Below the pieces are notes generated by a model. It did not search any database, was not told the DNA's origin, and worked only from the letters and a program-made list of their open reading frames with translations. Source: an uncultured Prevotella sp. (GTDB taxonomy: Bacteria; Bacteroidota; Bacteroidia; Bacteroidales; Bacteroidaceae). From it: a stretch of 64,000 nucleotides of DNA. The stretch is from contig CAMHPC010000001.1 of assembly GCA_946186945.1 (NCBI GenBank), positions 28,555 through 92,554 of the forward strand, read 5' to 3'. Position 1 is the first letter of the stretch. Every line of letters starts with the position of its first letter. Of this stretch, positions 32,475-42,643 are shown in pieces. The position numbers and the translations under genes were made by a program.

Positions 32475-33233
32475 ATGGCTAAGAACATATCATTTACAAT
32501 AAAATTTTGGCGTCAGAATGGTCCGCGTGAGAAGGGACACTTCGACACACATGAGATGAAGGATATACCCGATGATACCTCTTTCCTCGAGATGCTCGAC
32601 ATTCTCAATGAGGAACTCATCAACGAGGGTAAGGAGCCGTTCGTGTTTGACCATGATTGCCGCGAGGGTATCTGTGGCATGTGCTCGCTCTATATCAACG
32701 GTACACCGCACGGCAAGACAGAGCGTGGCGCTACTACATGCCAACTCTATATGCGTCGCTTCAACGATGGCGACGTAATCACAGTGGAACCCTGGCGCTC
32801 TGCCGGCTTCCCCGTTATCAAGGACTGCATGGTGGACCGTGGCGCATTCGACAAGATTATACAGGCCGGTGGATATACCACCATACGTACAGGTCAGGCT
32901 CAGGACGCCAATGCCATACTCATACCCAAACAGGATGCCGATGAGGCTATGGACTGTGCGTCCTGCATCGGTTGCGGTGCTTGTGTGGCTGCCTGCAAGA
33001 ACGGTTCTGCAATGCTCTTCGTGAGCAGCAAGGTAAGCCAGTTGGCATTGCTGCCGCAGGGACGCCCCGAGGCTGCCAAGCGTGCTAAGGCTATGGTGAT
33101 GAGAATGGAGGAACTGGGCTTTGGCAACTGCACCAACACCCGCGCTTGCGAGGCTGTATGCCCCAAGAATGAGTCTATCGCCAATATTGCACGTCTGAAC
33201 CGTGAGTTTATCAAGGCAAAACTCGCCGACTGA
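32475..33233 (+). CDS. sdhB: Fumarate reductase/succinate dehydrogenase Fe-S subunit
   Basis: Motifs [20 protein letters not shown] and [12 protein letters not shown]. Confidence 0.97.
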   Translation: MAKNISFTIKFWRQNGPREKGHFDTHEMKDIPDDTSFLEMLDILNEELINEGKEPFVFDHDCREGICGMCSLYINGTPHGKTERGATTCQLYMRRFNDGDVITVEPWRSAGFPVIKDCMVDRGAFDKIIQAGGYTTIRTGQAQDANAILIPKQDADEAMDCASCIGCGACVAACKNGSAMLFVSSKVSQLALLPQGRPEAAKRAKAMVMRMEELGFGNCTNTRACEAVCPKNESIANIARLNREFIKAKLAD

Positions 33234-33259
33234 TACTCTCCACGACAGCATACAACTTT

Positions 33260-33302
33260 AATCCCCCGTCAGTGTCACGTGAAACACTGACGGGGGATTT
33301 TT
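33260..33302. terminator. Terminator between convergent genes with a parS-like site at its apex
   Basis: 16-bp stem aatcccccgtcagtgt/acactgacgggggatt plus a T-tract. 33271-33286 AGTGTCACGTGAAACA matches parS at 14/16. Confidence 0.85.
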
Positions 33303-33333
33303 ATTGTTGTCATGGCGAAACAGGTTCCGCCAT

Positions 33334-34905
33334 TTATTGTTGAGGCTTATTCATTATCTCAACCGCCCTCATCACTATATCGCTGTATTCGTTCATCACC
33401 TGGTAGTATTCGCTCATATCCCACAGGTCACGGGCTATGAGAGCCTTCAATTGTGGGCGCAGGTGCTGCAAGGTGCGTTGCCACTCCTCTTCCTCGGCCT
33501 CTAACCCCTGTTTTTTGGCCTCAGAGCGTATATCTTCCTCCATGCCTACAGGTATCTCAAAGCCGGCATTGAAGCGCTCAAACGAAGGAAAATCACGCTT
33601 CAGACGCTTCCTGTTCTTGTCTACGTATGTCAGAGTGGTGGTTATGATGATATTCTTGGCTGCCAGTTTGCGGTGAAAGTGGGTGAATTTCATTGTGTCC
33701 AGGGGCACGAACTCATCGGGCATGATGCCGCCACCGCCGTATATGGTGCGTTGTTTCTTCAGTGTGCTGTAGCGCAGCGAGTCAGAGAAGTGTATACTGT
33801 CTACATTAGTCAACTCACCGTGTTTCAGGCGGTTTTCAAAGTCCATCTCATATTCCTTCAGGTCACCCTTCTTGTACGGCTTCTGAATGCAACGGCCTGA
33901 GGGGGTGAAGTAGTGGGCTATGGTGAGACGAATCATCGAACCGTCACTGAATTCCAAAGGTCGCTGCACCAGCCCCTTGCCAAACGAGCGTCTGCCCACC
34001 ACCACGCCGCGGTCCTGGTCCTGTATGGCGCCAGCCAATATCTCCGAGGCAGAGGCGGAGAGTTCGTTGACGAGGATGCACACCTCTATGTCTTTCAGTT
34101 TGCCGGAGCCATCGGCATAGTAGTCCTGTCTCTTCGATTTCCTACCCTCGGTATATACTATCAGGTCGCCCCTTTCCAGCATCTCGTTTGCCATCATTGC
34201 AGCCACTTGCAGATAGCCGCCGCCGTTGTCCTGCAGGTCTATTATCAGTTTGTTCATGCCCTGATACCACATCTCCTCTACGGCTTTCATAAACTCCGTA
34301 AAGGTATTGGCTCCGAAGTTGTCCACTTTCACGTAGCCGATGCCCGGACGTATCATATATGCCGCGTGGACGGTGTGTACAGGTATCTTGTCGCGTGTCA
34401 CCATGAAGGTCAGGGGCTTGCCTGCCGAACGGCGTACCACCGTGAGTTTCACCTTAGAGCCCTTGGGACCGCGCAGACGTTTCATCACTTCCTCGCGGTC
34501 CATCTTCACGCCGGCTATGGCAGTGTCGTTGGCTGCCACTATGCGGTCGCCAGCCATGATACCCACCTTCTCCGACGGACCGTTGGTGATGGTCTGTATC
34601 ACCATCAGCGTGTCTTCTATCATGTTAAACTGCACACCGATGCCTTCAAACTCACCTTGCAGGGGTTCGGTCAGCGCGCGCACCTCCTTCGGAGTGCTGT
34701 AGGTGGAGTGGGGGTCCAGTTCCTTGAGCATGCCGCGTATGGCATCCTCCACCAGTTTGCCCTCGTCCACCTTCTCCACGTAGAGGTTGCTTATGGCAGC
34801 CTCTGCCATGTGCAACTTTGCTTTGGGACTGCTGGCATCCAGTTGCATCTGTGCACAGAGGGTCAGTGGTAGCAGCAGTGTCAGTATCGACAGATAGTAT
34901 CTCAT
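33334..34905 (-). CDS. S41 family C-terminal processing peptidase
   Basis: LDPHS, PDZ GIGV, DLQDNGGG, SASASEI and GKGLVQ. Confidence 0.95.
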   Translation of the reverse strand: MRYYLSILTLLLPLTLCAQMQLDASSPKAKLHMAEAAISNLYVEKVDEGKLVEDAIRGMLKELDPHSTYSTPKEVRALTEPLQGEFEGIGVQFNMIEDTLMVIQTITNGPSEKVGIMAGDRIVAANDTAIAGVKMDREEVMKRLRGPKGSKVKLTVVRRSAGKPLTFMVTRDKIPVHTVHAAYMIRPGIGYVKVDNFGANTFTEFMKAVEEMWYQGMNKLIIDLQDNGGGYLQVAAMMANEMLERGDLIVYTEGRKSKRQDYYADGSGKLKDIEVCILVNELSASASEILAGAIQDQDRGVVVGRRSFGKGLVQRPLEFSDGSMIRLTIAHYFTPSGRCIQKPYKKGDLKEYEMDFENRLKHGELTNVDSIHFSDSLRYSTLKKQRTIYGGGGIMPDEFVPLDTMKFTHFHRKLAAKNIIITTTLTYVDKNRKRLKRDFPSFERFNAGFEIPVGMEEDIRSEAKKQGLEAEEEEWQRTLQHLRPQLKALIARDLWDMSEYYQVMNEYSDIVMRAVEIMNKPQQ

Positions 34906-34910
34906 CTCTT

Positions 34911-36857
34911 CTATTCTTCTTCTTCGGGCAGATCCTCTTCTATCACCAGGTTGTCGATGATGAAATTCTGACGTTCCATGGTGTTCTTGCCCATATAGTA
35001 TTCCAAAAGTTTCTGTACCTGGTCGTTTTTGTGCAGTGTCACTTGTTCCAGTCGCATGTCAGGACCGATGAAATGTGCAAACTCATCGGGCGATATCTCG
35101 CCCAGGCCTTTAAAGCGTGTTATCTCGGGGTCGGGTCCCAGGTTTTCTATAGCCTTCAACCTCTCCTCGTCGCTGTAGCAGAATATGGTCACGTAGTCAG
35201 ACCGGCGTTCACCTTTTGCCCGCTTCTCGTCTATCTCCTGCACAATCTTCTTGTTGCGCACCTTGTTACGTTTGTTGCGCACGCGGAAGAGGGGTGTCTG
35301 CAGCACATACACATGCCCCTTCTTTATCAAGTCGGGGAAGAACTGCAGGAAGAACGTGATGATGAGCAGGCGGATGTGCATACCGTCCACATCGGCATCC
35401 GTTGCCACTATCACCTTGTTGTAGCGCAGTGTGTCCAGCCCGTCCTCTATGTCGAGGGCAGCCTGCAGCAGGTTGAACTCCTCGTTCTCATATACCACCT
35501 TCTTCGTCAGTCCGTAACTGTTGAGCGGCTTTCCCTTGAGCGAGAATACAGCCTGTGTGTTCACGTCCCTACTCTTGGTGATACTTCCGCTGGCAGAGTC
35601 GCCCTCGGTGATGAAGATGCTGCTCTCCTCCTTACGGTCGTTCTTGGCATCGGAGAAGTGTATGCGGCAGTCGCGCAGTTTCCTGTTGTGCAGGTTGGCT
35701 TTCTTTGCCCTCTCACGAGCCAGTTTGGTTACGCCAGCCATCGCCTTGCGTTCCTTCTCGCTCTCCGATATCTTCTGCAGCATCACCTCCGCCACATCGC
35801 TGTGTTTGTGCAGGTAGTTGTCCACCTCCTGCTTTATGAAGTCGCCGATGTATTTATTCACACTCACACCATCCGGACTCATCGTCAGCGAACCGAGTTT
35901 TATCTTTGTCTGGCTCTCAAACATTGGTTCCTCTATGTTCACCGCTATGGCAGCCACCAGTCCGTTGCGTATGTCACCATATTCGAAGTTCTTGCCCGAG
36001 AATTCCTTTATTGTCTTGGCTATATGCTCCTTGAAAGCGCTCTGGTGTGTACCGCCCTGTGTGGTGTGTTGTCCGTTTACGAACGAGTGGTATTCCTCGC
36101 CGTATTGGTTGGTGTGTGTGAAGGCTATCTCTATATCCTCGCCTTTCATGTGTATGATAGGGTAGATACCCTCCACGGTCATACTGTCGTTAAGCAGGTC
36201 TTCCAGTCCGTTGCGGCTCAGTATGCGCCTACCGTTGTACATTATCGTCAGACCGGTGTTCAGATACGTGTAGTTGCGCAGCATGGTCTCCACGATATCA
36301 TCGTGAAACTGGTAGTTTTTGAACAGCGTATTATCGGGCTCGAAGTATATGTATGTGCCAGTCTCGTCGTTGCTGTCCTCGGTGGTGTCTGTCTGCAGTT
36401 TGCCACATTCGAAGGTTGCGGTGCGTACCTTGCCGTCGCGGTACGATGCCACTTTGAAATGGCTGCTAAGTGCGTTTACGGCCTTCACGCCCACACCATT
36501 CAGTCCCACACTCTTCTTGAAGGCCTTAGAGTCATATTTACCGCCGGTATTGAGCACGTTCACAGCCTCAATGAGTTTGCCCTGGGGTATGCCGCGCCCA
36601 TAGTCGCGTACGGTGATACGCAGGTGGTCCTCCACGTCTATCTCTATGCGCTTGCCGGCATTCATCTTAAATTCGTCTATGGAGTTGTCTATCACCTCCT
36701 TCAGCAGCACGTAGATGCCGTCCTCGGGCAGCGAACCGTCGCCCAGTCTGCCAATGTACATGCCTGGACGGGTGCGCACGTGCTCCATATCGCTCAGGTG
36801 GCGTATGTTATCGTCTATGTATTCCGGTGCCTGTGGTGTCTGTATGTTGTCTGCCAT
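34911..36857 (-). CDS. parE: DNA topoisomerase IV subunit B
   Basis: [15 protein letters not shown], Toprim EGDSA and DADVDG, RFKGLGE; Bacteroidetes ParE type. Confidence 0.92.
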   Translation of the reverse strand: MADNIQTPQAPEYIDDNIRHLSDMEHVRTRPGMYIGRLGDGSLPEDGIYVLLKEVIDNSIDEFKMNAGKRIEIDVEDHLRITVRDYGRGIPQGKLIEAVNVLNTGGKYDSKAFKKSVGLNGVGVKAVNALSSHFKVASYRDGKVRTATFECGKLQTDTTEDSNDETGTYIYFEPDNTLFKNYQFHDDIVETMLRNYTYLNTGLTIMYNGRRILSRNGLEDLLNDSMTVEGIYPIIHMKGEDIEIAFTHTNQYGEEYHSFVNGQHTTQGGTHQSAFKEHIAKTIKEFSGKNFEYGDIRNGLVAAIAVNIEEPMFESQTKIKLGSLTMSPDGVSVNKYIGDFIKQEVDNYLHKHSDVAEVMLQKISESEKERKAMAGVTKLARERAKKANLHNRKLRDCRIHFSDAKNDRKEESSIFITEGDSASGSITKSRDVNTQAVFSLKGKPLNSYGLTKKVVYENEEFNLLQAALDIEDGLDTLRYNKVIVATDADVDGMHIRLLIITFFLQFFPDLIKKGHVYVLQTPLFRVRNKRNKVRNKKIVQEIDEKRAKGERRSDYVTIFCYSDEERLKAIENLGPDPEITRFKGLGEISPDEFAHFIGPDMRLEQVTLHKNDQVQKLLEYYMGKNTMERQNFIIDNLVIEEDLPEEEE

Positions 36858-36873
36858 GGTAGAGTGTGGTTTG

Positions 36874-38016
36874 TCAGAGTTTACATTTGTAGCAACGGCG
36901 GCGTTTGTGCAGTTCGTGGTCCAGGTGTTGCCATTGGCTTTGCACCTTGCCGTTGGTCTCCATCTCTACGTGCGTCTCGCCCCATTTTATGCCCATGGCA
37001 TGGAAACGGGGTATCAGGTCGCTGAAAAGTAGCGAGTTGGCGCCCTTTGGACGGTATTCGGGCAGCACACCTACCAGCAGCAGGTCCACTATGTCGGTCT
37101 TGTGGAATTTTATCACCTTGAGCAGGTGCCACCAGCCGAAGGGCCACAGTCTGCCCTTGTAGCATTTCTGAAGGGCACGGGTGAGCGATGGCACGCACAC
37201 ACCGGCACCCACCACCTTGTTGTCGGCATTGGCATCCTCTATGAGTGTCACCATGTCCAGGTCCAGTGCAGGCATGTACATCCTCACATATTCGTCTATC
37301 TGCTCGTCACTCAGTTCGGAGTATTCATAGAGGTCTTTCATTGCCTCGTTGAGCACGTGGAAGAGTTTCACGCCGTAGCCGCCTTCAAACACGTCTTTCT
37401 TGGTCAGCTTCTTCACCCTCAGGCCATAGCGCCTCTGTATCATATCGGCTATCTTGGCAAATTTGTCAGGCACCTCTGCGGGCACAAATAGTTTGTATTC
37501 CACATAGTCGTTGTCCTTCTCAAACCCATCCATCTGTTCCATGTGCTTAGGATAGTAGGGATAGTTGTACGATGTAGCCATGGTACCCAGTTCCTCAAAA
37601 CCGCTGGTGAGCATGCCTTCAGGATCCATGTCGGTAAAGCCCAATGGTCCCACAATCTCGTCCATACCTTTCTTCCTGCCGTATTCCTTCACTGCCTCAA
37701 TAAGCGCCTTCGACACTTCCAGGTCATCGTAGAAGTCTATCCATCCGAACCTCACCCTCTTGTGGTTCCAGCGTTCGTTGGCACGGTGATTGATGATGGC
37801 TGCCACCCTGCCCATGAGTTTACCGTCTTTGTATGCCAGGTAGTATTCTGCCTCGCAGAACTTGAATGCGGAGTTCTTCTTGGGCGAGAGCGTGCGCTTT
37901 TCATCGCTGTATAGGTTGGGCGCATCATACTTATTGCCCTTGTACAGGGCATAATGCAGTTCGATGAATTTCCTCAGGTCCTTCTTCGTTTCAACTTTCC
38001 TTATTTCTACTGCCAT
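36874..38016 (-). CDS. GNAT-fold N-acetyltransferase (YghO-like)
   Basis: Motifs [21 protein letters not shown] and GVLPEYR. Confidence 0.8.
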   Translation of the reverse strand: MAVEIRKVETKKDLRKFIELHYALYKGNKYDAPNLYSDEKRTLSPKKNSAFKFCEAEYYLAYKDGKLMGRVAAIINHRANERWNHKRVRFGWIDFYDDLEVSKALIEAVKEYGRKKGMDEIVGPLGFTDMDPEGMLTSGFEELGTMATSYNYPYYPKHMEQMDGFEKDNDYVEYKLFVPAEVPDKFAKIADMIQRRYGLRVKKLTKKDVFEGGYGVKLFHVLNEAMKDLYEYSELSDEQIDEYVRMYMPALDLDMVTLIEDANADNKVVGAGVCVPSLTRALQKCYKGRLWPFGWWHLLKVIKFHKTDIVDLLLVGVLPEYRPKGANSLLFSDLIPRFHAMGIKWGETHVEMETNGKVQSQWQHLDHELHKRRRCYKCKL

Positions 38017-38049
38017 AAAATGAATGTGTTGAGTGCTGTATCTTAGTGG

Positions 38050-38949
38050 CTATAGTGCCGATATCTCATCCTCGGACAGTCCGGTCATTTCCGCTATGTC
38101 TGAAAAGAGATAGTTCTTGCCTTTCATTATGCGGGCGATTGAAATAGATTTATTGTGCTCGCCTTGCGCTATGCCTTGTGCTATGCCTTGCTCTATACCC
38201 TCTTTTATCCCCTCATTTTTGCCGTCGATGTATTTGCTTTTCATCACATCGTTTTCCACCATCTGCCTCTCCAGTTCTTTTATGTATGCACGGCGCTCAT
38301 CATCGGGCAGACTGTCCACACGCAATTTCTCACGTGCCTCTGCTAACCCTTTGGCTTTCGGGTGCTCTGGTATGTAGCCTGTCTTTAGGAAACTGACCCA
38401 CTCGTCCAGTCTGTCTTTTGCCACGTCGTTGAAGTTGTTCACCTTCAGCACGTAGTATTCTGGCATCAGGTCGGAAGGTTCATCGCCGCCAAATAGTTCG
38501 CGCTGCCTTGCCGACAGTTTCAGCACATCGTCGTCGTGTATGCCGCGAAACACCTGTTTGCCGTGGTATACATAGTCGGTGCCTTGTCCCAGGTCGAAAT
38601 ACACTATGTTTATCGAGTACACCTTGGGCACCTTGTCGTAGTCCTGACCTGCCTCTATATACTCTGTCACCGTCTTCGATGTGCCATACAGCATACGGTA
38701 GAAGTAGCCGTACTGCCGTTCGTACTGCACTTCTACTATTATCTTTCTGCCGTCCGTGTCTTCGCACATTATATCTACCTGATTGTGCTTGTCGTGAGCG
38801 TTTTCCTTATTGCCTTCGCTTTCCAGGAAACGCTCTATCTTGATATCCTGTCCGATCAGTTCGGTCAGGAATCCCTCCAGCACCACATAGTTGGCTTTAT
38901 TGCGCAACAGGCGTTTCAGTGCCCAGTCGAATGAAATGTATTTCCTCAT
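38050..38949 (-). CDS. Rpn family recombination-promoting nuclease (PD-(D/E)XK)
   Basis: FDWALKRLL, VDI...IIVEVQ, RMLYG, C-terminal GxxxG repeats and IAEMTGLS HTH-like tail. Own promoter caaagtta at 38958-38965. Confidence 0.9.
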   Translation of the reverse strand: MRKYISFDWALKRLLRNKANYVVLEGFLTELIGQDIKIERFLESEGNKENAHDKHNQVDIMCEDTDGRKIIVEVQYERQYGYFYRMLYGTSKTVTEYIEAGQDYDKVPKVYSINIVYFDLGQGTDYVYHGKQVFRGIHDDDVLKLSARQRELFGGDEPSDLMPEYYVLKVNNFNDVAKDRLDEWVSFLKTGYIPEHPKAKGLAEAREKLRVDSLPDDERRAYIKELERQMVENDVMKSKYIDGKNEGIKEGIEQGIAQGIAQGEHNKSISIARIMKGKNYLFSDIAEMTGLSEDEISAL

Positions 38950-39058
38950 ACTGCATGCAAAGTTACTGATATTCGCTGAAATGACAAAGCAATTTTGGAA
39001 GATTAACGCCAAGGCAGGGAAAATAAGGATGCGGTTGTTGCAGAAATATCTCTACATT

Positions 39059-40306
39059 TTACTTGCAGTCATTCTTCCTGCAAACCAAGAGGCGGTATTG
39101 GTGCAGGGCTGTGGTCACGGCAAATACGTAGTGCTCTCCACCGTCTGTCAGGCGTAGTTTCTTCCGCAGTTGTGCCACTGTCATGGGAAAATTGCGGGTG
39201 GTGATGTTTGCCTGTTTCACTCCTGCCATGTGCTGCTGCCATGCCCTTTGGTTTACAGGCAAGACCATCAGCACTAAGAACTGTCTGCCGGGGAAGCAGG
39301 GCTGCGGTGTGTGGCTCAGGTACAGGTGTGTGTTGGTAGAGAGTGGTGTCACGCTGTAGCGCGAGGCCAGTTCAGCGAAGAAACCTCCTTTCATCAGTGC
39401 GGCATGCGGTTCGTACAGGTATAAAGGGTGGGGGAGCGGTCCCATGGCATCGGGAAATGGTGATAGCCCCACATCGGGAATTTGCTGCTCTGTCAGTGTG
39501 CCGATGAATATGTCTTCTTGCTCGTCGTTTACGCAGGTCACTACATACTCTCCGCCATTGCTGGCATCAAGCAGCAGAAGCAGTTCCTTACACTCACCAT
39601 GCGTAGCCACTATATGCACCTCCTTCACACAGTGTCCGGCAGCGTCGTGTACCTGTCTCACTGCTTCATGCCAGTCGAGCATGGGCGATAGTTTCAGCAT
39701 CACCCATCTGCTCGCGGTCAACCATTTTTTCAGATATGGCAGCACGTTGGGCATGCAGTCTGCCATGGAGTATGTGCGCTGTCCCTTGTCCGAGCGGCGT
39801 GCAGGGTCCACGTATATCATCGTGGGTTTCACTCCCTTCTCCATGAGTATAGCCATCTGTTGTATACTCTCTTGGCACACCACTTCGGCATGGAGCAGTT
39901 GCAGTGCTGCGAGGTTATGTCTTGCCAGTGTGCAGAGTCCTTCCTGTCGCTCCACGTATATAGTCCTCTCGAAGAGTGGTGCCAGTGCAGCGTGGTCCAC
40001 ACCCATGCCGCCGGTCAGGTCAACCAGCAGACTGCCTCTCTCGCCACCCATCGCCCTCTCTGCCACACCTGCCTTGTACCGAGCGGTGAAGTCGGACGAG
40101 CACTGCTCCAGTGCCAACTGAGGCGGATAGAGTATATCTTCGTTGGCAGCCCACGATGGTAGTTTCTCGCGTGTGCGTTGCCACCCTTCTATTTGTCTGA
40201 GGGCCAACACCATATCCACATCGATATGGCGCCTACCCTCCAGAGCTAGCCTGTGCACGTCGTCGCTCAGGTGGCTGCGTATGAAAGCCTTGGTGGCATC
40301 GTTCAT
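39059..40306 (-). CDS. Class I SAM-dependent methyltransferase with THUMP-like domain
   Basis: Motifs LEQCSS, DLTGGMGVD, YVDPARR and KLSPMLD. Confidence 0.85.
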   Translation of the reverse strand: MNDATKAFIRSHLSDDVHRLALEGRRHIDVDMVLALRQIEGWQRTREKLPSWAANEDILYPPQLALEQCSSDFTARYKAGVAERAMGGERGSLLVDLTGGMGVDHAALAPLFERTIYVERQEGLCTLARHNLAALQLLHAEVVCQESIQQMAILMEKGVKPTMIYVDPARRSDKGQRTYSMADCMPNVLPYLKKWLTASRWVMLKLSPMLDWHEAVRQVHDAAGHCVKEVHIVATHGECKELLLLLDASNGGEYVVTCVNDEQEDIFIGTLTEQQIPDVGLSPFPDAMGPLPHPLYLYEPHAALMKGGFFAELASRYSVTPLSTNTHLYLSHTPQPCFPGRQFLVLMVLPVNQRAWQQHMAGVKQANITTRNFPMTVAQLRKKLRLTDGGEHYVFAVTTALHQYRLLVCRKNDCK

Positions 40307-40890
40307 CAGAACTTCACTTCGGGGGCTTTCTGTGCAGAGGCATCAGCCTCAAATTTCTCCATCTTGTCGAAACCGAATATGCCCGCCATGAGATTGCCGG
40401 GGAAGCGGCGCACCGCCTGGTTGTAGTTGGTCACTGCCTCGTTGAATTTTTGCCTTGCCTCGTTTATGCGGTTCTCAGTGCCTTCGAGTTGCACCTGCAG
40501 ACCCTTGAACTGTTCGCTCGCCTTTAAGTCTGGATACTGCTCCTGTATGGAAATCAGTCGTCCCAAGGCAGCACTCAGTTCACCCTGTGCCTCTTGGTAT
40601 TTCTTCAGTTGTTCGGGAGTGGCATTAGATATGTCAAATGTCATCTGTGTGGCTTTGCTGCGTGCTTCCACCACCTCTTTCAGTGTCTGCTCCTCATGTT
40701 TCACATAGCCTTTCACTGTTTCCACCAGCGAGGGTATCAGGTCGGCACGACGCTGATAGGTGGCCTGCACATCGGCTGCAGCCTTTGTGGCAAGTTCCTG
40801 CTTGTCTACCATGCCATTGTAACTGCTCACGCTCAGCATAGCAAGTACTATCAGCACTCCTACGATAATCAAAGTCTTCTTGTTTTTCAT
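40306..40890 (-). CDS. lemA: LemA family protein
   Basis: Motifs YQRRADLIP, YPDLKAS and LEGTENRI. Confidence 0.95.
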   Translation of the reverse strand: MKNKKTLIIVGVLIVLAMLSVSSYNGMVDKQELATKAAADVQATYQRRADLIPSLVETVKGYVKHEEQTLKEVVEARSKATQMTFDISNATPEQLKKYQEAQGELSAALGRLISIQEQYPDLKASEQFKGLQVQLEGTENRINEARQKFNEAVTNYNQAVRRFPGNLMAGIFGFDKMEKFEADASAQKAPEVKF

Positions 40891-40917
40891 CTCTATTGTG
40901 TTTTAGTTAATGTCGTG

Positions 40918-41745
40918 TCACCATGAACCACGTGCGCCGCCGCCGCCGAAACTGCCGCCGCCGAAACTGCCACCGCCGCCGCCGAAACTGCCACCGCCGC
41001 CGCCGAAACTGCCACCGCCGGAATAGCCTCCCGTGTAGCCCCCTCCTCCACCGTGTGTTGCTCCGTATATGATGAAGAGTATTACTATTGCCAAGGCTAT
41101 CACATCCTCCCAGCCAAATTCATCGTCTTTGGTATCATCGCTGCTCATGGACTGCGAGGGTATGTTTGCCACACTCATCTTGCCCGTGGCAAATTTCTCG
41201 TATATGTTCTGTGCCGTAGTCATCACGGCACGGTCGGTATCATTCACTTTCATGTTGGCTATGATGCAGCCCTCTATTATCTGGTGGCATTCATAGTCGG
41301 TCAGGTCTGCTTCCAGTCCTTTGCCCGGTGCGATAAAGGCATCGTGGTCGTCGGTGCTTATCACCACCATCAGTCCACGGTTGGTCTCTTTCTGTCCCAC
41401 TCCGTATTTGTTGCCTACATCCTGTGCCATACGGAAGGTGTCGCCATTCTTCACCCTTCTCACCACTATGAATGCCGACTCTATGCCGCACTCATGGTCC
41501 AGCAGCCACAGGAAGTGGTTGGTAGAGTCGCGCATCTGGGGCGTGAGCAGGCTGTCGGGGTCGTTCACGTACTGTCGGGCGTCTTTCAGGTGTATCATGG
41601 GCATATTGTCAGCACTCCATACCTTCTCCTCCGTCTTCCATTCCGTGCTGCCCAGTCTGGCTGTGCCATCGGTATCCTCTTCGTCCACGCAGGCACCGTA
41701 GATGATCAGGGTGATAAAGAAGAAATAGAATATTTTCTTACCCAT
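40918..41745 (-). CDS. TPM domain membrane protein with Gly-rich tail
   Basis: GVGQKETNRG, PGKGLE, a TM helix and FGGGSFGGGGARGSW; lies directly upstream of lemA. Confidence 0.9.
   Translation of the reverse strand: MGKKIFYFFFITLIIYGACVDEEDTDGTARLGSTEWKTEEKVWSADNMPMIHLKDARQYVNDPDSLLTPQMRDSTNHFLWLLDHECGIESAFIVVRRVKNGDTFRMAQDVGNKYGVGQKETNRGLMVVISTDDHDAFIAPGKGLEADLTDYECHQIIEGCIIANMKVNDTDRAVMTTAQNIYEKFATGKMSVANIPSQSMSSDDTKDDEFGWEDVIALAIVILFIIYGATHGGGGGYTGGYSGGGSFGGGGGSFGGGGGSFGGGSFGGGGARGSW
40936..41020. repeat. Coding tandem repeat with 15-21 bp units (GGSFGGG)
   Basis: gccgccgaaactgcc occurs four times. Confidence 0.85.
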
Positions 41746-41755
41746 GGGTGTGTGG

Positions 41756-42178
41756 TTATTGTTTCACGTGGAGCATTTCCAGAGCCTTGTTCTCTGCAGC
41801 CTCCATCACTTCGCGTTGTCCGGGCCCCTTGTCGTCTATGCCGCACAGGTGCAGTATACCGTGTATTATCACGCGGTGCAGTTCCTCGTCATACTCGGTA
41901 TGTTGTGCTTCGGCATTGGTTCTTACGGTGTCGAGCGATATCACGATATCGCCGTTTATCACCTCATCCTCGCTGTAGTCGAATGTGATGATATCGGTAT
42001 AGTAGTCGTGTTGCAGGTATTCGCGGTTCACTTCCAGTATCCGTTCGTCGTTCACGAACATATATCCCACATCGCCCACTTTCATCCCGTAGGTGGCTGC
42101 CACCTGGCGTATCCATGCCGTGGTGGCACGTCGGGCTATGTGTGGCATGGCTATGCCTTCGCTCTGGTATGTTATCAT
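41756..42178 (-). CDS. ybeY: rRNA maturation RNase YbeY
   Basis: Motifs TDIITF, GDIVIS and HGILHLCGIDD. Confidence 0.95.
   Translation of the reverse strand: MITYQSEGIAMPHIARRATTAWIRQVAATYGMKVGDVGYMFVNDERILEVNREYLQHDYYTDIITFDYSEDEVINGDIVISLDTVRTNAEAQHTEYDEELHRVIIHGILHLCGIDDKGPGQREVMEAAENKALEMLHVKQ
41760..41775. promoter_or_regulatory. Degenerate parS site within the ybeY 3' end
   Basis: TGTTTCACGTGGAGCA, 14/16 match. Confidence 0.6.
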
Positions 42179-42197
42179 AATGTATGTGTGTTTGTCG

Positions 42198-42629
42198 TTA
42201 TGGTAGCAGTTGTGTCACATCCTCTCCGAAGTGTTGCAGTTCCCTCACCACCGAACTGCTGATGCATGCCAGTTCGGGTGTGGCGGGCAGCAGCAGTGTC
42301 TCTATGCCCAGCATGCGGTTCACCTCTGCCTGTTCGCGCTCATACTCGTAGTCTTTCACGCTGCGCACACCCTTCACTATCACCTTCGCACCCACCTCCT
42401 TGGCGCAGTTGACGGTGAGTGTGCTGTAGCATACCACGCTCACGCGCCTCTCATCGGCATACAGTGCCTCGATGGCAGCCATGCGCTCCAGGTGGTCGCC
42501 TGCCTGTGACTTCTGTTCGTTCACCCCTATGCCTACCACCACCTCATCGAAGATGGCAAGCAGACGGGTCACTATGTCGTGGTGTCCTTTGGTGAAGGGG
42601 TGGAACGACCCCGGGAACAATACTTTCAT
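42198..42629 (-). CDS. coaD: Phosphopantetheine adenylyltransferase
   Basis: Motifs FPGSFHPFTKGH, KGVRSVKDYEYE and ISSSVVRE. Confidence 0.95.
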   Translation of the reverse strand: MKVLFPGSFHPFTKGHHDIVTRLLAIFDEVVVGIGVNEQKSQAGDHLERMAAIEALYADERRVSVVCYSTLTVNCAKEVGAKVIVKGVRSVKDYEYEREQAEVNRMLGIETLLLPATPELACISSSVVRELQHFGEDVTQLLP

Positions 42630-42643
42630 CTCTTTACGTGTGT

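Noticed and set aside
34818-37025. 735-aa plus-strand ORF
   Set aside because: Antisense shadow of parE with no recognisable motifs; codon bias explains the lack of stops.
38050-38949. Rpn as an IS element
   Set aside because: No terminal inverted repeats or target-site duplication seen; Rpn proteins are not shown to be true transposases.
40936-41020. GC-rich tandem repeat as a phase-variation locus
   Set aside because: Units are in frame and encode the usual Gly-rich tail of TPM proteins.
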